A stretch of 38,263 nt of DNA from Halopseudomonas sp. (GCA_046496585.1 JAWOGT010000198.1:1-38263); one strand, 5' to 3'; positions 19,629 through 29,317 are shown, counted from the stretch's first letter. Numbers and translations are program-made. Notes: a model not told the origin generated them from the sequence alone.

Positions 19629-20015
19629 GTGCGCCAACCCGATATTGAGATTTACTTGCGCGAAGAGCACCTGGACGCGCTGACCGAGTGGCTCAACAGC
19701 CAGATTGGCCAACTGCAGCTCAAGCCCTGGAACGAGCTGACCCGTCGCGGCACGCTGACGCTGGACGGCCAGACAATACCCTTGATGATCGTGCGCAAGG
19801 CCGCCGGGAAATGGGCCAGCGTCTGGTTCGACAGCGACACTACGCCATGGGAAACCGACCTGGATTGCGCCCGCGCCATCAACTCCGGCCTCGGTCAGGA
19901 GGTCCGTTGTTCGGTAGGCGGCTGGTCCGAGGAGCAAGGCAACGACGACCCTGATCGCTGGCTGAAAGTCAGCGCCGAAGGCGAAAACGAATTCATCTGG
20001 GCGATGAAACCCTGA
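19629..20015 (+). CDS. Conserved hypothetical protein (128 aa)
   Basis: GTG start with a GAGG RBS; MRQPDIEIYL...KWASVWFDSDTTPWETDLDCARA...EVRCS.GGW.E. This is the globular-looking 3' part of the 18984..20015 track ORF. Confidence 0.8.
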   Translation: MRQPDIEIYLREEHLDALTEWLNSQIGQLQLKPWNELTRRGTLTLDGQTIPLMIVRKAAGKWASVWFDSDTTPWETDLDCARAINSGLGQEVRCSVGGWSEEQGNDDPDRWLKVSAEGENEFIWAMKP

Positions 20016-20052
20016 GCCGCCACGTTAACCATCACCGAGAGAGAACCTGCCG

Positions 20053-20475
20053 ATGATCATTGCCTGCGCCCACTGCCACCGCAAAAACCGTATCGATCAG
20101 GATCGGCTCGCGCAGGCGCCCACCTGCGGTGCCTGCAAGCAGCCCTTGTTCACGGATCAGCCGATACCCGTCACCGCCGCCCAGTTCAACGCCCATGCGT
20201 CCGCCGACCTGCCGCTGATTCTCGATTTCTGGGCTCCCTGGTGCGCCCCCTGCCTGCAATTTGCGGCCACCTTTGAAAAAGCCGCTGCCGCCGCCGGCAG
20301 CAAAGCCCAGTTCCTCAAGATCAATACGGAGGACGAACAGGCACTGGCGGCCCGCTTTGGCATTCGCAGCATCCCCACGCTGATGGTGCTCCGCGAGGGT
20401 CAGGAAGTGACTCGCGTCGCCGGCGCGCTGCCCGCAGGCGAATTCATGAAGTGGGTTTACGAACAGTTGGGTTAG
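20053..20475 (+). CDS. trxC: Thioredoxin 2 (zinc-finger thioredoxin TrxC)
   Basis: N-terminal CAHC...NR...CGAC zinc finger; DFWAPWCAPC active site; FGIRSIPTL. Confidence 0.92.
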   Translation: MIIACAHCHRKNRIDQDRLAQAPTCGACKQPLFTDQPIPVTAAQFNAHASADLPLILDFWAPWCAPCLQFAATFEKAAAAAGSKAQFLKINTEDEQALAARFGIRSIPTLMVLREGQEVTRVAGALPAGEFMKWVYEQLG

Positions 20476-20514
20476 TCGCGAGGCAAAAAGGCAGGCGGCA
20501 CTTATGCTACACGG

Positions 20515-20622
20515 GGCGGGTTGCCCTGGACCGCTGCATGACCGGCGGTGCACAGGGATGTGCACCGCCGAGCCCCAGGGATGGCCAGTAGCGTGTCGTG
20601 CAGCGGTCCAGGGCAACCTGCC
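20515..20622 (+). repeat. REP/MITE-like branched palindromic element with two CAGGGATG loops
   Basis: 28-bp outer inverted repeat (20515-20542 / 20595-20622; 26 Watson-Crick plus 2 G-U) enclosing a perfect 12-bp hairpin CGGCGGTGCACA-GGGA-TGTGCACCGCCG (20543-20570) and a second CCAGGGATGG (20575-20584). Confidence 0.85.
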
Positions 20623-20668
20623 TCCCCGCACAAATCCAATGTCAGCCACCGCCAGTCTTCCAGAACGC

Positions 20669-20697
20669 AAAAAGCCCGCAGCAACACTGCGGGTTTT
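20669..20697. terminator. Bidirectional intrinsic terminator between trxC and the DUF4340 gene
   Basis: AAAAA-GCCCGCAG-CAACA-CTGCGGGT-TTT between convergent genes. Confidence 0.8.
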
Positions 20698-20721
20698 CAT
20701 TACAGCTCAGCGAATAAAACG

Positions 20722-21705
20722 CTACTCGGTCTCACTACCCCGAACAATATCAGACTGCCGCTTGTTCAGATTCTCCACCTGGCCAATGCCTAACTGAAAG
20801 GCCCAGCGCGCATCGGCATTCACGCCCAGATTGCTGTCTTCAGGCTGCTCGAACCGATCCACCAGCAACCAGTAGCGCCCTTCAATCTCGAACAGGCTGG
20901 CTTCCAGCTCCGCACCCGCCCAGGTAGCCGCCTGCATGCGCAGCAGCGGCTCACCCAGCTCCAGCTCAGAACGCAACCTCACGTCCTGGGCGCGCAGATC
21001 AATCAAGGCCAGCGCCATACTGTTGATCCAGCGCTCATTGCCCTGCTGCTGGGCCGGTTCAAGCGCCGCCAGGCGGAAGTTGTAATCCCCTTGCTTGGCT
21101 TTTTCCAGATTGAGCACATCCCCATCAGCGTGGCTCCAGCGGGCCGTCGCCACCTGCGTCATGGGGATTTGCACCACCTGCAGATCCAGCCACTCCACAG
21201 CGTTGACCGTCATGCTGAAGGGCCGGTTGATCAGCCAGACCTGATTTTCATCGGCAAACCGTACCAGCTGGCCACTCCCCACCGGATTACCATAAATCAG
21301 GCCCACCGAGCCCGCGCCCGAGGTCAGCGTCACCTGCATAGTCGACTCCGCTGGAGCCGCCGGGTCCAGGCCCAGGCGGGCATGGTAGTCAGGGTTATCC
21401 GTCTGCGCCTCGATCACCCGCGCACCGCGCACCGCGTGCAGCAGCGCCGCGACCCGCTCCGGTTGGGCCGGAAACCGGTCCTTGCTGACCACGCCCCAAC
21501 GGCCATTGTCGCGAACCACCTCAACCTCAATATCACCCTTGGCCAGGCGCATGCGGTCCAATTGGTTGACCACCGCCAACTGCTCCTCGGAGAGCCACTG
21601 GCGGCTTTGCAGGTCATCCACCCGGTCATCATTCTGGCGCTGCAACGCAACGGCTATCAGCAGTACGGAAATCACCGCCAGAACGGCAATCAATTTTACT
21701 TTCAT
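20722..21705 (-). CDS. DUF4340-like membrane-anchored periplasmic protein
   Basis: N-terminal basic plus hydrophobic anchor; GRWGVVSKDRFPA..ERVAALL, TDNPDYHARLGL, LIYGN, VRFADENQVWL pattern typical of DUF4340; last gene of the Gld-like operon. ATG 21705 preferred (GGGAG about 8 nt upstream) over GTG 21714. Confidence 0.75.
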   Translation of the reverse strand: MKVKLIAVLAVISVLLIAVALQRQNDDRVDDLQSRQWLSEEQLAVVNQLDRMRLAKGDIEVEVVRDNGRWGVVSKDRFPAQPERVAALLHAVRGARVIEAQTDNPDYHARLGLDPAAPAESTMQVTLTSGAGSVGLIYGNPVGSGQLVRFADENQVWLINRPFSMTVNAVEWLDLQVVQIPMTQVATARWSHADGDVLNLEKAKQGDYNFRLAALEPAQQQGNERWINSMALALIDLRAQDVRLRSELELGEPLLRMQAATWAGAELEASLFEIEGRYWLLVDRFEQPEDSNLGVNADARWAFQLGIGQVENLNKRQSDIVRGSETE

Positions 21706-21717
21706 GGCAGCCACTCC

Positions 21718-23562
21718 CTATACCGAACGGCGACGGATCCGGCCTACCAGCCACCAGATTAAGATGCCCAGAGTCAACAAGGCCGGTACCAGGGCGATAT
21801 TGATGACCTTCAGCCAGGTGCCCAGACGCTCGATATCCGCATTCAGCTGGAAACGAACATCGCGCAATTGCTTGCGAATCTGCAGCTTCTCGTCAAGAAA
21901 ACGCTGCACCGCCTGCTCCTGCTCGGCGGTCATCTCCAGCATCTGGGCTGGATCCTGACCCTGCTGCAACTGCGCCAGCTGCTGCTCGGTCTCCGCCAGT
22001 TGACGCTGCAAGCGCTGCTCACTGGCGCGGTACCGACGCTCGGCGGCCCGCTGCAGGTCTTCGACCACGGTAAACGGACGGCTGAAATTACCCCGTGAAC
22101 GCACACTGATCAGCGCTTCGGAGCCAGACAGATTGTCCAGCGCATTGATCAGAAAGCCGCCGTTATCTGCCCAGGGCTGCGGAACACGCTGACCGAAGAA
22201 ATCCTGCACCTGGACCCACATGCGGTCGGTCAGCAGGTCGGTATCGGCGACGATCATCACATTGATATTGTCCGCCGACTGAACGCCCTGCTCGATACCT
22301 TCCAGGCCTTGCGGATAGGCCGAGGTGGCCGGTCCTTGGATGCGCGCGGCGAAATGATAGATCTGCTCATCCGCTTCGAAGCCGTCCAGCAGCACCTCCG
22401 GATCGTCCATACCGGTAAAGGTGCTGCTCGGGACCAGTGCACTGTTGACTGTGCTCGACATCAGCGGCGTGAAACGCGTTTGCGCGCCCTCAACCGGTGT
22501 CAAGGCGCCCGCCGTTGCCAGGGTAATCAGCTTCAACGGTGCGATAACCGTGTCGTCGCGGTCCAGGTGCTCGGACTCGACTTCCAGCCAGCCAATGTGC
22601 CGGGCCGGCAGTTGACCCTGACCGCGGCCGACCGACATCCCCAGACGCGCATCCAGCACCACCTGCTCCGGGTTGAATTCCACGCCCCAGTTTTTCAGCA
22701 GAGGGGCAAGATCCGACGACTTGCCATCGGCCATCACATCAATCATCGCCTCCTGGCTCTGGTCGGCTTCGGCCAGCGGATCGATAAAGGCCAGCAGCCG
22801 GCCGCCGCGCAGCACAAACTGATCCACCGCATTCAAGGCGGTCTCCGTCAGCGCCTTGGGATGCACCAGCAGCAGCACCTCCACATCGTCCGGCACCTGA
22901 TCGATGTCGTGCTCCAGATTCTGGATAGTGAACATCTGACGAATCTGCTCCAGCGCCACCCAGGGCGAAGACGGCTGACCGGTCATGGGGTTCATGCCGC
23001 CGCTCATCGGCAGGCCGCTGATCAGACCAATCTGCGGCTTCTGCTCCTGGGCCAGGCTATTGATCAACCGGCTCAGCTCATACTCGAGCAGACCTTCCTG
23101 CTCCAGCGAGAAGAACGGAATGACCTCACGCTCGGCCAGTGTATTGGTGCCGGCCAGACCGAAATACAGCTTCTCGCCGCTTTGCGGCAGGGGAATGTCC
23201 TGCAGACCGAACTCGGCTGCGCGATCTTCTGCCTCGGAGAAGGGTTGCGGATCGATGATCTGCAAGTTGAGCTTGCCGTCCGCTACCCGCTCGTATTCCT
23301 TGAGCAGTTCTTCCACACGCCGCGCATAGTTGCGCAGAATCACCATGTCCTTGCTGGCCCGGTCGGAAAAGAAGAAATACAGGGTGATAGGTTCGTCCAG
23401 ATCGCCGAGGATCTCCCGCGTACCGTCGGAAATGGTGAACAGCTTCTGTTCGGTCAGATCCAGCCGGGCGCCAGGCAGCAGCACATTGGACGCCATATTG
23501 AAGGCAACAAAGGCCAGCAGCAGTACCAGCAGACCGGTACCTGAATACATTAAACGTTTCAT
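21718..23562 (-). CDS. GldG-family / ABC-type uncharacterized transport system auxiliary protein
   Basis: N-terminal TM, RLDLTEQKLFTISDGT, IIDPQPFSEAED.A..FG, LEYEL, LLLVHPK...DQFVLRGGRLLAFIDP, ADNGGFLINALDNLSG..ALISVRSRG, long coiled coil, C-terminal TM. Confidence 0.88.
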   Translation of the reverse strand: MKRLMYSGTGLLVLLLAFVAFNMASNVLLPGARLDLTEQKLFTISDGTREILGDLDEPITLYFFFSDRASKDMVILRNYARRVEELLKEYERVADGKLNLQIIDPQPFSEAEDRAAEFGLQDIPLPQSGEKLYFGLAGTNTLAEREVIPFFSLEQEGLLEYELSRLINSLAQEQKPQIGLISGLPMSGGMNPMTGQPSSPWVALEQIRQMFTIQNLEHDIDQVPDDVEVLLLVHPKALTETALNAVDQFVLRGGRLLAFIDPLAEADQSQEAMIDVMADGKSSDLAPLLKNWGVEFNPEQVVLDARLGMSVGRGQGQLPARHIGWLEVESEHLDRDDTVIAPLKLITLATAGALTPVEGAQTRFTPLMSSTVNSALVPSSTFTGMDDPEVLLDGFEADEQIYHFAARIQGPATSAYPQGLEGIEQGVQSADNINVMIVADTDLLTDRMWVQVQDFFGQRVPQPWADNGGFLINALDNLSGSEALISVRSRGNFSRPFTVVEDLQRAAERRYRASEQRLQRQLAETEQQLAQLQQGQDPAQMLEMTAEQEQAVQRFLDEKLQIRKQLRDVRFQLNADIERLGTWLKVINIALVPALLTLGILIWWLVGRIRRRSV

Positions 23563-23580
23563 TATTATGTCCCCTTCGCC

Positions 23581-24315
23581 TCAATCGGCCTTTTTCAGGT
23601 CGATGACAATCGCCGTAGCCAGCAACCACACAGCCATGAGCGATACGAAATACAACAGGTCACGCAGATCCAGAACGCCCTTGCTGATAGCGTCGAAACG
23701 AATCAGGAAGCTGAGTGAGGCAATGGCGTCGAGCAGCCACTGGGGCGCCCAACCGGTAAACAGATCCAGCCACAGCGAGAAGCCGCTGACGATAAAAATG
23801 AAACAGGCCACCACACTGACGATAAAGGCAATCACCTGATTCTTGGTCAGCGCCGACATGCACGAACCAATCGCCAGATAGCCACCGGCCAGCAACCAAC
23901 TGCCCAGATACCCGGTAAAGATCGCGCCATTATCCGGCGCACCCAGGTAGTTGACGGTGATGATGATCGGGAAGGTCAGCAGCAAGGCGAGGCCGATAAA
24001 TACCCAGGCCGCGAGAAACTTGCCGAGCACCATATCGGCACGCGAGACCGGCAGGGTCATCAGCAGCTCGATGGTGCCGGACTTGCGCTCCTCGGCCCAC
24101 AAGCGCATGGCCACGGCAGGCACCAGAAACAGATACAACCAGGGATGGAAGTTGAAAAAGGCGTTCAGGTCAGCCTGACCGCTCTCGTAGAAGCCCCCCA
24201 GGTAGAAGGTAAAGACCGCCGACAGGACCAGAAAGATAACGATAAAGATGTAGGCCAGCGGAGTAGAAAAATAGCTGCCCAGCTCGCGTTTGAAGATCAC
24301 ACCGAGATTTTTCAT
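23581..24315 (-). CDS. ABC-2 type permease (GldF-like)
   Basis: IFKRELGSYFSTPLAY, PAVAMRLWAEERKSGTIELLMTLP, LGKFLA, SALTKNQVIAF, GVLDLRDLLYF; about 6 TM segments. Confidence 0.92.
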   Translation of the reverse strand: MKNLGVIFKRELGSYFSTPLAYIFIVIFLVLSAVFTFYLGGFYESGQADLNAFFNFHPWLYLFLVPAVAMRLWAEERKSGTIELLMTLPVSRADMVLGKFLAAWVFIGLALLLTFPIIITVNYLGAPDNGAIFTGYLGSWLLAGGYLAIGSCMSALTKNQVIAFIVSVVACFIFIVSGFSLWLDLFTGWAPQWLLDAIASLSFLIRFDAISKGVLDLRDLLYFVSLMAVWLLATAIVIDLKKAD

Positions 24316-25241
24316 GCGGCGTCCTCCGCAGTCAGACGCCGGAAGACTTCGTCCAGCCGGCCCCGCTCGACGGACAATTCCTTGACCGGCCAGTTATGTT
24401 CACGGGCGTAGTGCCCCACCGCAGGAAAGATCACGGCGCCGGGTTTGGCCAGCACGGTCAGCAGCTGCCCATCGCGCTGAGGCTCAACTTCCAGCACGCC
24501 AGGCAAGGCCAGCAACGGCTGGCTGTCGACGGGCTGAGCAAGCTCCACAGTCACCGCCTGGTGATAGCGCGAGCGGGCTTCCAGCTCGTCTGGCGTACCG
24601 TCAGCCAGCAAGCGGCCGTGGGCAATCACCACCGCACGGCTGCACACCGCGCTGACCTCTTCGAGGATATGCGTGGAGATCACCACGATCTTGTTGCTGC
24701 CTTCAGCCAGTTGCTGAATCAGCTTGCGGACCTGAAACTTCTGGTTGGGGTCCAGGCCATCGGTTGGCTCATCCAGAATCAGCACCTTGGGGTCATGCAG
24801 AATCGCCTGAGCCAGACCGACACGGCGCTTGAAGCCCTTGGACAGGGTTTCAATGCTTTGCCCCATGACGCCTTCCAGCTCCAACTGCTCGGCCGCCCAA
24901 TCGACCCGCCGGTGTTTTTCCGCGCCACTGTAACCACGGATTTCGGCGATAAATTCGAGGAAGCCTTTGACGCGCATGTCGCCATAGCAGGGCGCGCCTT
25001 CCGGCAGATAGCCCATCTGCTGTTGCGCCTGCAGGGTCTGCGTCTGAATATCAAAGCCGCACACCGAAGCCGAACCGCCATCGGGCGTCAGGAACCCTGT
25101 AAGCATTTTCATGGTAGTGGATTTGCCGGCGCCGTTGGGCCCAAGAAAACCCAGCACTTCCCCCGGACTGACAGCGAAGGACAGGTTGTCCACAGCGACA
25201 TGCTCGCCGAAGCGTTTGGTCAGGCTATTTATGTTTATCAT
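24312..25241 (-). CDS. ABC transporter ATP-binding protein (GldA-like)
   Basis: Walker A GPNGAGKST, signature LSKGF, Walker B LILDEPTDGLDP, STH switch. ATG 25241 has a GAGG RBS; ATGA overlap with the permease. Confidence 0.95.
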   Translation of the reverse strand: MININSLTKRFGEHVAVDNLSFAVSPGEVLGFLGPNGAGKSTTMKMLTGFLTPDGGSASVCGFDIQTQTLQAQQQMGYLPEGAPCYGDMRVKGFLEFIAEIRGYSGAEKHRRVDWAAEQLELEGVMGQSIETLSKGFKRRVGLAQAILHDPKVLILDEPTDGLDPNQKFQVRKLIQQLAEGSNKIVVISTHILEEVSAVCSRAVVIAHGRLLADGTPDELEARSRYHQAVTVELAQPVDSQPLLALPGVLEVEPQRDGQLLTVLAKPGAVIFPAVGHYAREHNWPVKELSVERGRLDEVFRRLTAEDAA

Positions 25242-25598
25242 TGGCCTCTTCCGATTCCCCCAGATAGTCGATTGCGCCGCATTCGGACGGGCAATGTAAC
25301 GCGCAAGGATACATGGAATGCTGCGCAGTGGGGCATACAAAGATCGGGACGCGGACGTTCAAACACCCAGGGGTCAGATCGCCGAGGCATCCTCCTTCCA
25401 CAGCGACAGCAAGGCATGGATCAGCGCTCAAGGCGGTGACTATATGAAGCCGATCGTGGGATTTCAAGCCTTGTGATCGCGGATCACCGCGCCTGATGAT
25501 GGCAGCAGCTGTACGCAGATGTTAAAACCGCTAGAATCCTCCCATTACACAGGTCTGGTTGCACCAGCCACGCAGCAGCACATCGTACAGAGAGCCCC

Positions 25599-28097
25599 AT
25601 GCCCGCAGTCTATTCTTCGTTTTTTGGCCGTTTGCGCTTCGGTTTCCTGCGCCGCCTGCTGTACCTCTGGGCGCGATCGGAGAGTATCGGCAATAGCGCC
25701 TTCAACCTGCATCTGGACCGCGACACACCGATCATCTTCGTACTGCCCTACCGGTCCCTGTCCGACTTGATCGTACTCGACCGCGAATGTCGCAAAGCCG
25801 GACTGCCGCGTCCGGTCAGGGCGCCCTACGGATGGCATGGCGAGCAAGAGTCCTATGCTTTTCTCAGCCGCGAACAGGCCTGGGTTGGTCGCCCCGACCC
25901 ACGCGGCCAGTCGCCGCGCCTGCAGCGCGCCATCCGCGCAGTGGAAGACGGACACTGTAACGAAGTGCAGTTGGTGCCAGTGAGCGTATTCTGGGGTCAA
26001 TCGCCGGATGCGGAATCGTCACCCATCAAGCTGCTGTTCGCCTACAACTGGGCGGTGGGTGGGCGCATGCGCAAATTGCTGGCGATACTATTGCACGGCC
26101 GCAAGATACGTTTGCGCTTCGGCGAGGCCTTGTCGCTCAAGCAGTTGGTCAGTGACCAGCTCGGGCATGAGCGCCATGTGCGCCGCACCGGCCGCCTGTT
26201 GCGGGTGTATTTCCGTGAGCAACGTGGCGCAGTGGTCGGCCCGGATCTGTCCCATCGCCGTACGCTGCTAAAAGGCCTGCTGCAGTCACCCATGGTCCGC
26301 GCCGCGATCGACCAGGAGGCGCTGGAAAAAGGCATCGAGCCCGGCAAGGCGCGCAAGGACGCGGCGCGCTATGCCAACGAGATCGCTTCGGACTTTACCT
26401 ACAGCATTATCCGTTTTCTCGAAGTAGTGCTGTCCTGGTTCTGGAACAAGCTCTACGACGGCGTCCGCATCAACCATATCGAACGCGTACAACATATCGC
26501 CCGCGGCAACGAGATTATCTATGTGCCTTGTCACCGCAGCCATATCGATTACCTGCTGCTGTCCTACATCCTGTTTCAGAACAGCCTGACACCGCCGCAC
26601 ATTGCCGCCGGCATCAACCTGAATATGCCGGTCGTGGGCGGGCTATTGCGGCGCGGCGGGGCCTTCTTCATGCGTCGCACCTTCAAGGGCAACCCGCTGT
26701 ATAGCGCCGTGTTCAATGAGTACCTGCACTCACTGTTCAGCCGCGGTTTTCCGGTGGAATACTTTATCGAGGGCGGACGCTCACGCACCGGGCGTACCCT
26801 GAATCCGAAGACCGGCATGCTGGCCATCACCCTGCGCAGTTACCTGCGCTCCTCGCGTCGGCCGATTGTGTTTGTCCCGGTCTATATCGGCTATGAGCGT
26901 GTACTCGAAGGGCGCACCTATCTTGGTGAGTTACGGGGTCAGGAGAAGAAGAAAGAATCCTTTTTCGATATATTCCGCGTCCTCTCGGCGCTGAAACTGC
27001 GCTTCGGCAAGGTCGCGGTCAACTTTGGCGAACCGCTGTCCTTGAATGGCTTTCTTGACCAACAGCAACCCGGTTGGCGACACCGCGATTACGCGCCCGA
27101 CTACCGACCCGAATGGCTCTCGCAGACGACCAGCCAACTGGCCCACAGCCTGGCCAATGCGATCAACGCGGCCGCCGATGCCAACCCGGTGAACATGCTG
27201 GCCCTGGCCATGCTGTCGACCAGCCGCCTGGCGCTGGACGAGACGACGCTGAGCAACGTCCTCAATAGCTACAAGGCACTGCTGAGCCGGGTACCCTACA
27301 GCCCGAGCATGACCCTGCCGGATATGGATGGACAGGCCATGATCGAGTACGTCGAGGGCATGCAGTTGATGGGCCGACAATCTGACGCGCTGGGAGAAAT
27401 CCTGTTTCTGGATGAGCCGCAGGCGGTATTGATGACCTACTACCGCAATAACGTCCTGCACCTGGTGGCCTTGCCTGCCCTGATAGCCTGCCTGTTCCTG
27501 AACAATCCACGCATGAGCCGCGAGCAGATCGAGAAGCTGGTCAGCGCCGTCTACCCCTATTTGCAGGGCGAATTGTTCCTGCAGTGGCAGGAGGCCGAGC
27601 TGCCAGCGGTGATCAACACCTGGATAGACGGGCTTATTGCAGAGGGGCTATTGCGTGAAGAGGCGGGCCAGATCAAGCGCCCGGAGCCCAGTTCCAGCCA
27701 ATTTGTGCTGTTGAGCCTGCTGGCGCGCAGCATCCTGCAGATGCTCGAACGCTTTTATATGGCGGCCGCCTTGCTGCTGAACAACCCCAATGGCAGCCTG
27801 ACTGCCGAGCAGCTGGAAGTTCTCTGCACGGTCATGGCCCAGCGCCTGTCGATTCTGCATGGCCTCAACGCCCCGGAGTTTTTTGACAAGACGCTGTTCC
27901 GCCAGTTCATCCAGAGACTCGATGACCAGCAGGTGATCAGAACCGATGGCGAAGGGCGCCTGCAGTACCTGCCCGGCCTGGAAGACATTGCCGAAAATAC
28001 CGCCAAACGGGTGTTGAGCGCGGAGATTCGTCTGTCGATCCGCCAGGTGGCACGCACCTCCAGTAGCGCGCTGACACGACCCGAACCCGGGACCTAA
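25599..28097 (+). CDS. plsB: Glycerol-3-phosphate 1-O-acyltransferase
   Basis: [10 protein letters not shown] (HX4D), [37 protein letters not shown]; 832 aa. Confidence 0.98.
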   Translation: MPAVYSSFFGRLRFGFLRRLLYLWARSESIGNSAFNLHLDRDTPIIFVLPYRSLSDLIVLDRECRKAGLPRPVRAPYGWHGEQESYAFLSREQAWVGRPDPRGQSPRLQRAIRAVEDGHCNEVQLVPVSVFWGQSPDAESSPIKLLFAYNWAVGGRMRKLLAILLHGRKIRLRFGEALSLKQLVSDQLGHERHVRRTGRLLRVYFREQRGAVVGPDLSHRRTLLKGLLQSPMVRAAIDQEALEKGIEPGKARKDAARYANEIASDFTYSIIRFLEVVLSWFWNKLYDGVRINHIERVQHIARGNEIIYVPCHRSHIDYLLLSYILFQNSLTPPHIAAGINLNMPVVGGLLRRGGAFFMRRTFKGNPLYSAVFNEYLHSLFSRGFPVEYFIEGGRSRTGRTLNPKTGMLAITLRSYLRSSRRPIVFVPVYIGYERVLEGRTYLGELRGQEKKKESFFDIFRVLSALKLRFGKVAVNFGEPLSLNGFLDQQQPGWRHRDYAPDYRPEWLSQTTSQLAHSLANAINAAADANPVNMLALAMLSTSRLALDETTLSNVLNSYKALLSRVPYSPSMTLPDMDGQAMIEYVEGMQLMGRQSDALGEILFLDEPQAVLMTYYRNNVLHLVALPALIACLFLNNPRMSREQIEKLVSAVYPYLQGELFLQWQEAELPAVINTWIDGLIAEGLLREEAGQIKRPEPSSSQFVLLSLLARSILQMLERFYMAAALLLNNPNGSLTAEQLEVLCTVMAQRLSILHGLNAPEFFDKTLFRQFIQRLDDQQVIRTDGEGRLQYLPGLEDIAENTAKRVLSAEIRLSIRQVARTSSSALTRPEPGT

Positions 28098-28100
28098 GCC

Positions 28101-28895
28101 TCAGGGCTCGAGCTTTTTTTTGCCGTAGATATCATAGCGGCTGGATTGGCCATTGAGCTGGGCGCTGGGCGGCGCACCGGCAATCGCCGGCGCCTTGCGC
28201 GGGCGCTTGACCGCCACCCGGTGACTGGCCAACTGCAGCGCCGCCGCCAGTAGCGCTGGGGCATCCAGATCGTCGCCGGCCAGCGGCCGGAACAGACGCA
28301 TTTCCTTTTTCACCAGTGCCGATTTGTCGCGGTGCGGGAACATCGGGTCCAGATGGATGACTTGGGGCACCCTCCCCTGCCAGTTGTGCATGGTATCTAT
28401 GGCGTCGGCGTGTAGTAACTGCATCCGCGCGGCAATCTCCGCCACTTCACCGCCAGCTGCCCGGGCGCGTTGCAGACCATCGTCCAGCAGTGCCGCAATC
28501 ACCGGCTGGCGCTCGATCAATGTCACCTCACAGCCCAGCGCCGCTAACACAAAAGCATCGCGACCCAGCCCCGCCGTCGCATCCAGCACCCTCGGCCGAA
28601 TCGCCCCGCGCAGACCCACGGCTTTGGCCACCATCTGCCCAGCTCCACCGCCAAACTGGCGGCGATGCGCCAGCGCGCCTTCGACGAAATCCACCCGCAC
28701 CGCACCCGGCGCGTCGGGACCGCCAGCCTGGAGGCTCAGGCCCTGCTCACCGACTTGCAGCCAAAGGGCAAAGCGCGCCGCGTCTGCGCCGCAGCAGGGC
28801 AACCCCAATTGCGCGGCCAGGGCTTCGGCCGCCGGCGCATAAGCGTGTTGCAGCCAGGTCACCGCAATCGCGTTATTGGATACGGGATCAGACAT
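28101..28895 (-). CDS. rsmJ: 16S rRNA (guanine(1516)-N2)-methyltransferase RsmJ (YhiQ)
   Basis: [69 protein letters not shown]. Confidence 0.95.
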   Translation of the reverse strand: MSDPVSNNAIAVTWLQHAYAPAAEALAAQLGLPCCGADAARFALWLQVGEQGLSLQAGGPDAPGAVRVDFVEGALAHRRQFGGGAGQMVAKAVGLRGAIRPRVLDATAGLGRDAFVLAALGCEVTLIERQPVIAALLDDGLQRARAAGGEVAEIAARMQLLHADAIDTMHNWQGRVPQVIHLDPMFPHRDKSALVKKEMRLFRPLAGDDLDAPALLAAALQLASHRVAVKRPRKAPAIAGAPPSAQLNGQSSRYDIYGKKKLEP

Positions 28896-28922
28896 CAGCC
28901 GGCGTCGACCAGGAGACGAGAA

Positions 28923-29237
28923 TCAAGCAAACAGATCAATACCAAAGATGCCTTCGGATTCGTCGTTGATCGGAATATTGGCGGTAAATTGATAGCTGGA
29001 CAACGCCTGATTGGTCCGGCCATAGACCGGCTCCTGACTGTCCCGGCGCGCGGGGATATATTCGGCATTGGCGCTGGCGGCACTGACTGCCCGCGGCACC
29101 AACGAGCGAACAGGCTCAACCGGCGCTGCCGGCGCTGTCTGTCCCGCGCGCGCAGGCTCGCTGTTGGCCGCAGGGACAACAGGGCGAATGCTGCGCTCAG
29201 GCAGCGCAGTGAATGGAATATACCCATCCAGACGCAT
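28923..29237 (-). CDS. Hypothetical protein (104 aa, Pro/Ala-rich, C-terminal GIDLFA)
   Basis: ATG 29237 with a GGAG RBS; fills the gap between tsaB and rsmJ in the same orientation. Confidence 0.72.
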   Translation of the reverse strand: MRLDGYIPFTALPERSIRPVVPAANSEPARAGQTAPAAPVEPVRSLVPRAVSAASANAEYIPARRDSQEPVYGRTNQALSSYQFTANIPINDESEGIFGIDLFA

Positions 29238-29317
29238 CGATAGACTCCAGAGAAGCAAGCCCGCAGATTAGCCTGCGGCGCAAAAAAAGGCAAAATCAAC
29301 CCGACGAACTGAATGAG

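Noticed and set aside
20502-20797. Short ORFs (61-97 aa) across the trxC/DUF4340 intergenic region
   Set aside because: They are translations of the palindromic element and terminator; no convincing RBS or protein-like composition.
22309-25439. 411-aa and 347-aa plus-strand ORFs
   Set aside because: Antisense shadows of the GldG-like and ATPase genes.
25242-25598. 357-bp ABC/plsB intergenic region with about eight plus-strand GGA motifs and TGTAAC-N7-GATACA: possible RsmY/RsmZ-like sRNA or GacA box
   Set aside because: No intrinsic terminator, GGAs not clearly in stem-loops, only mild enrichment for this GC content, and the palindrome does not fit TGTAAG-N6-CTTACA. An Rfam cmscan or RNA-seq would be needed to revive it.
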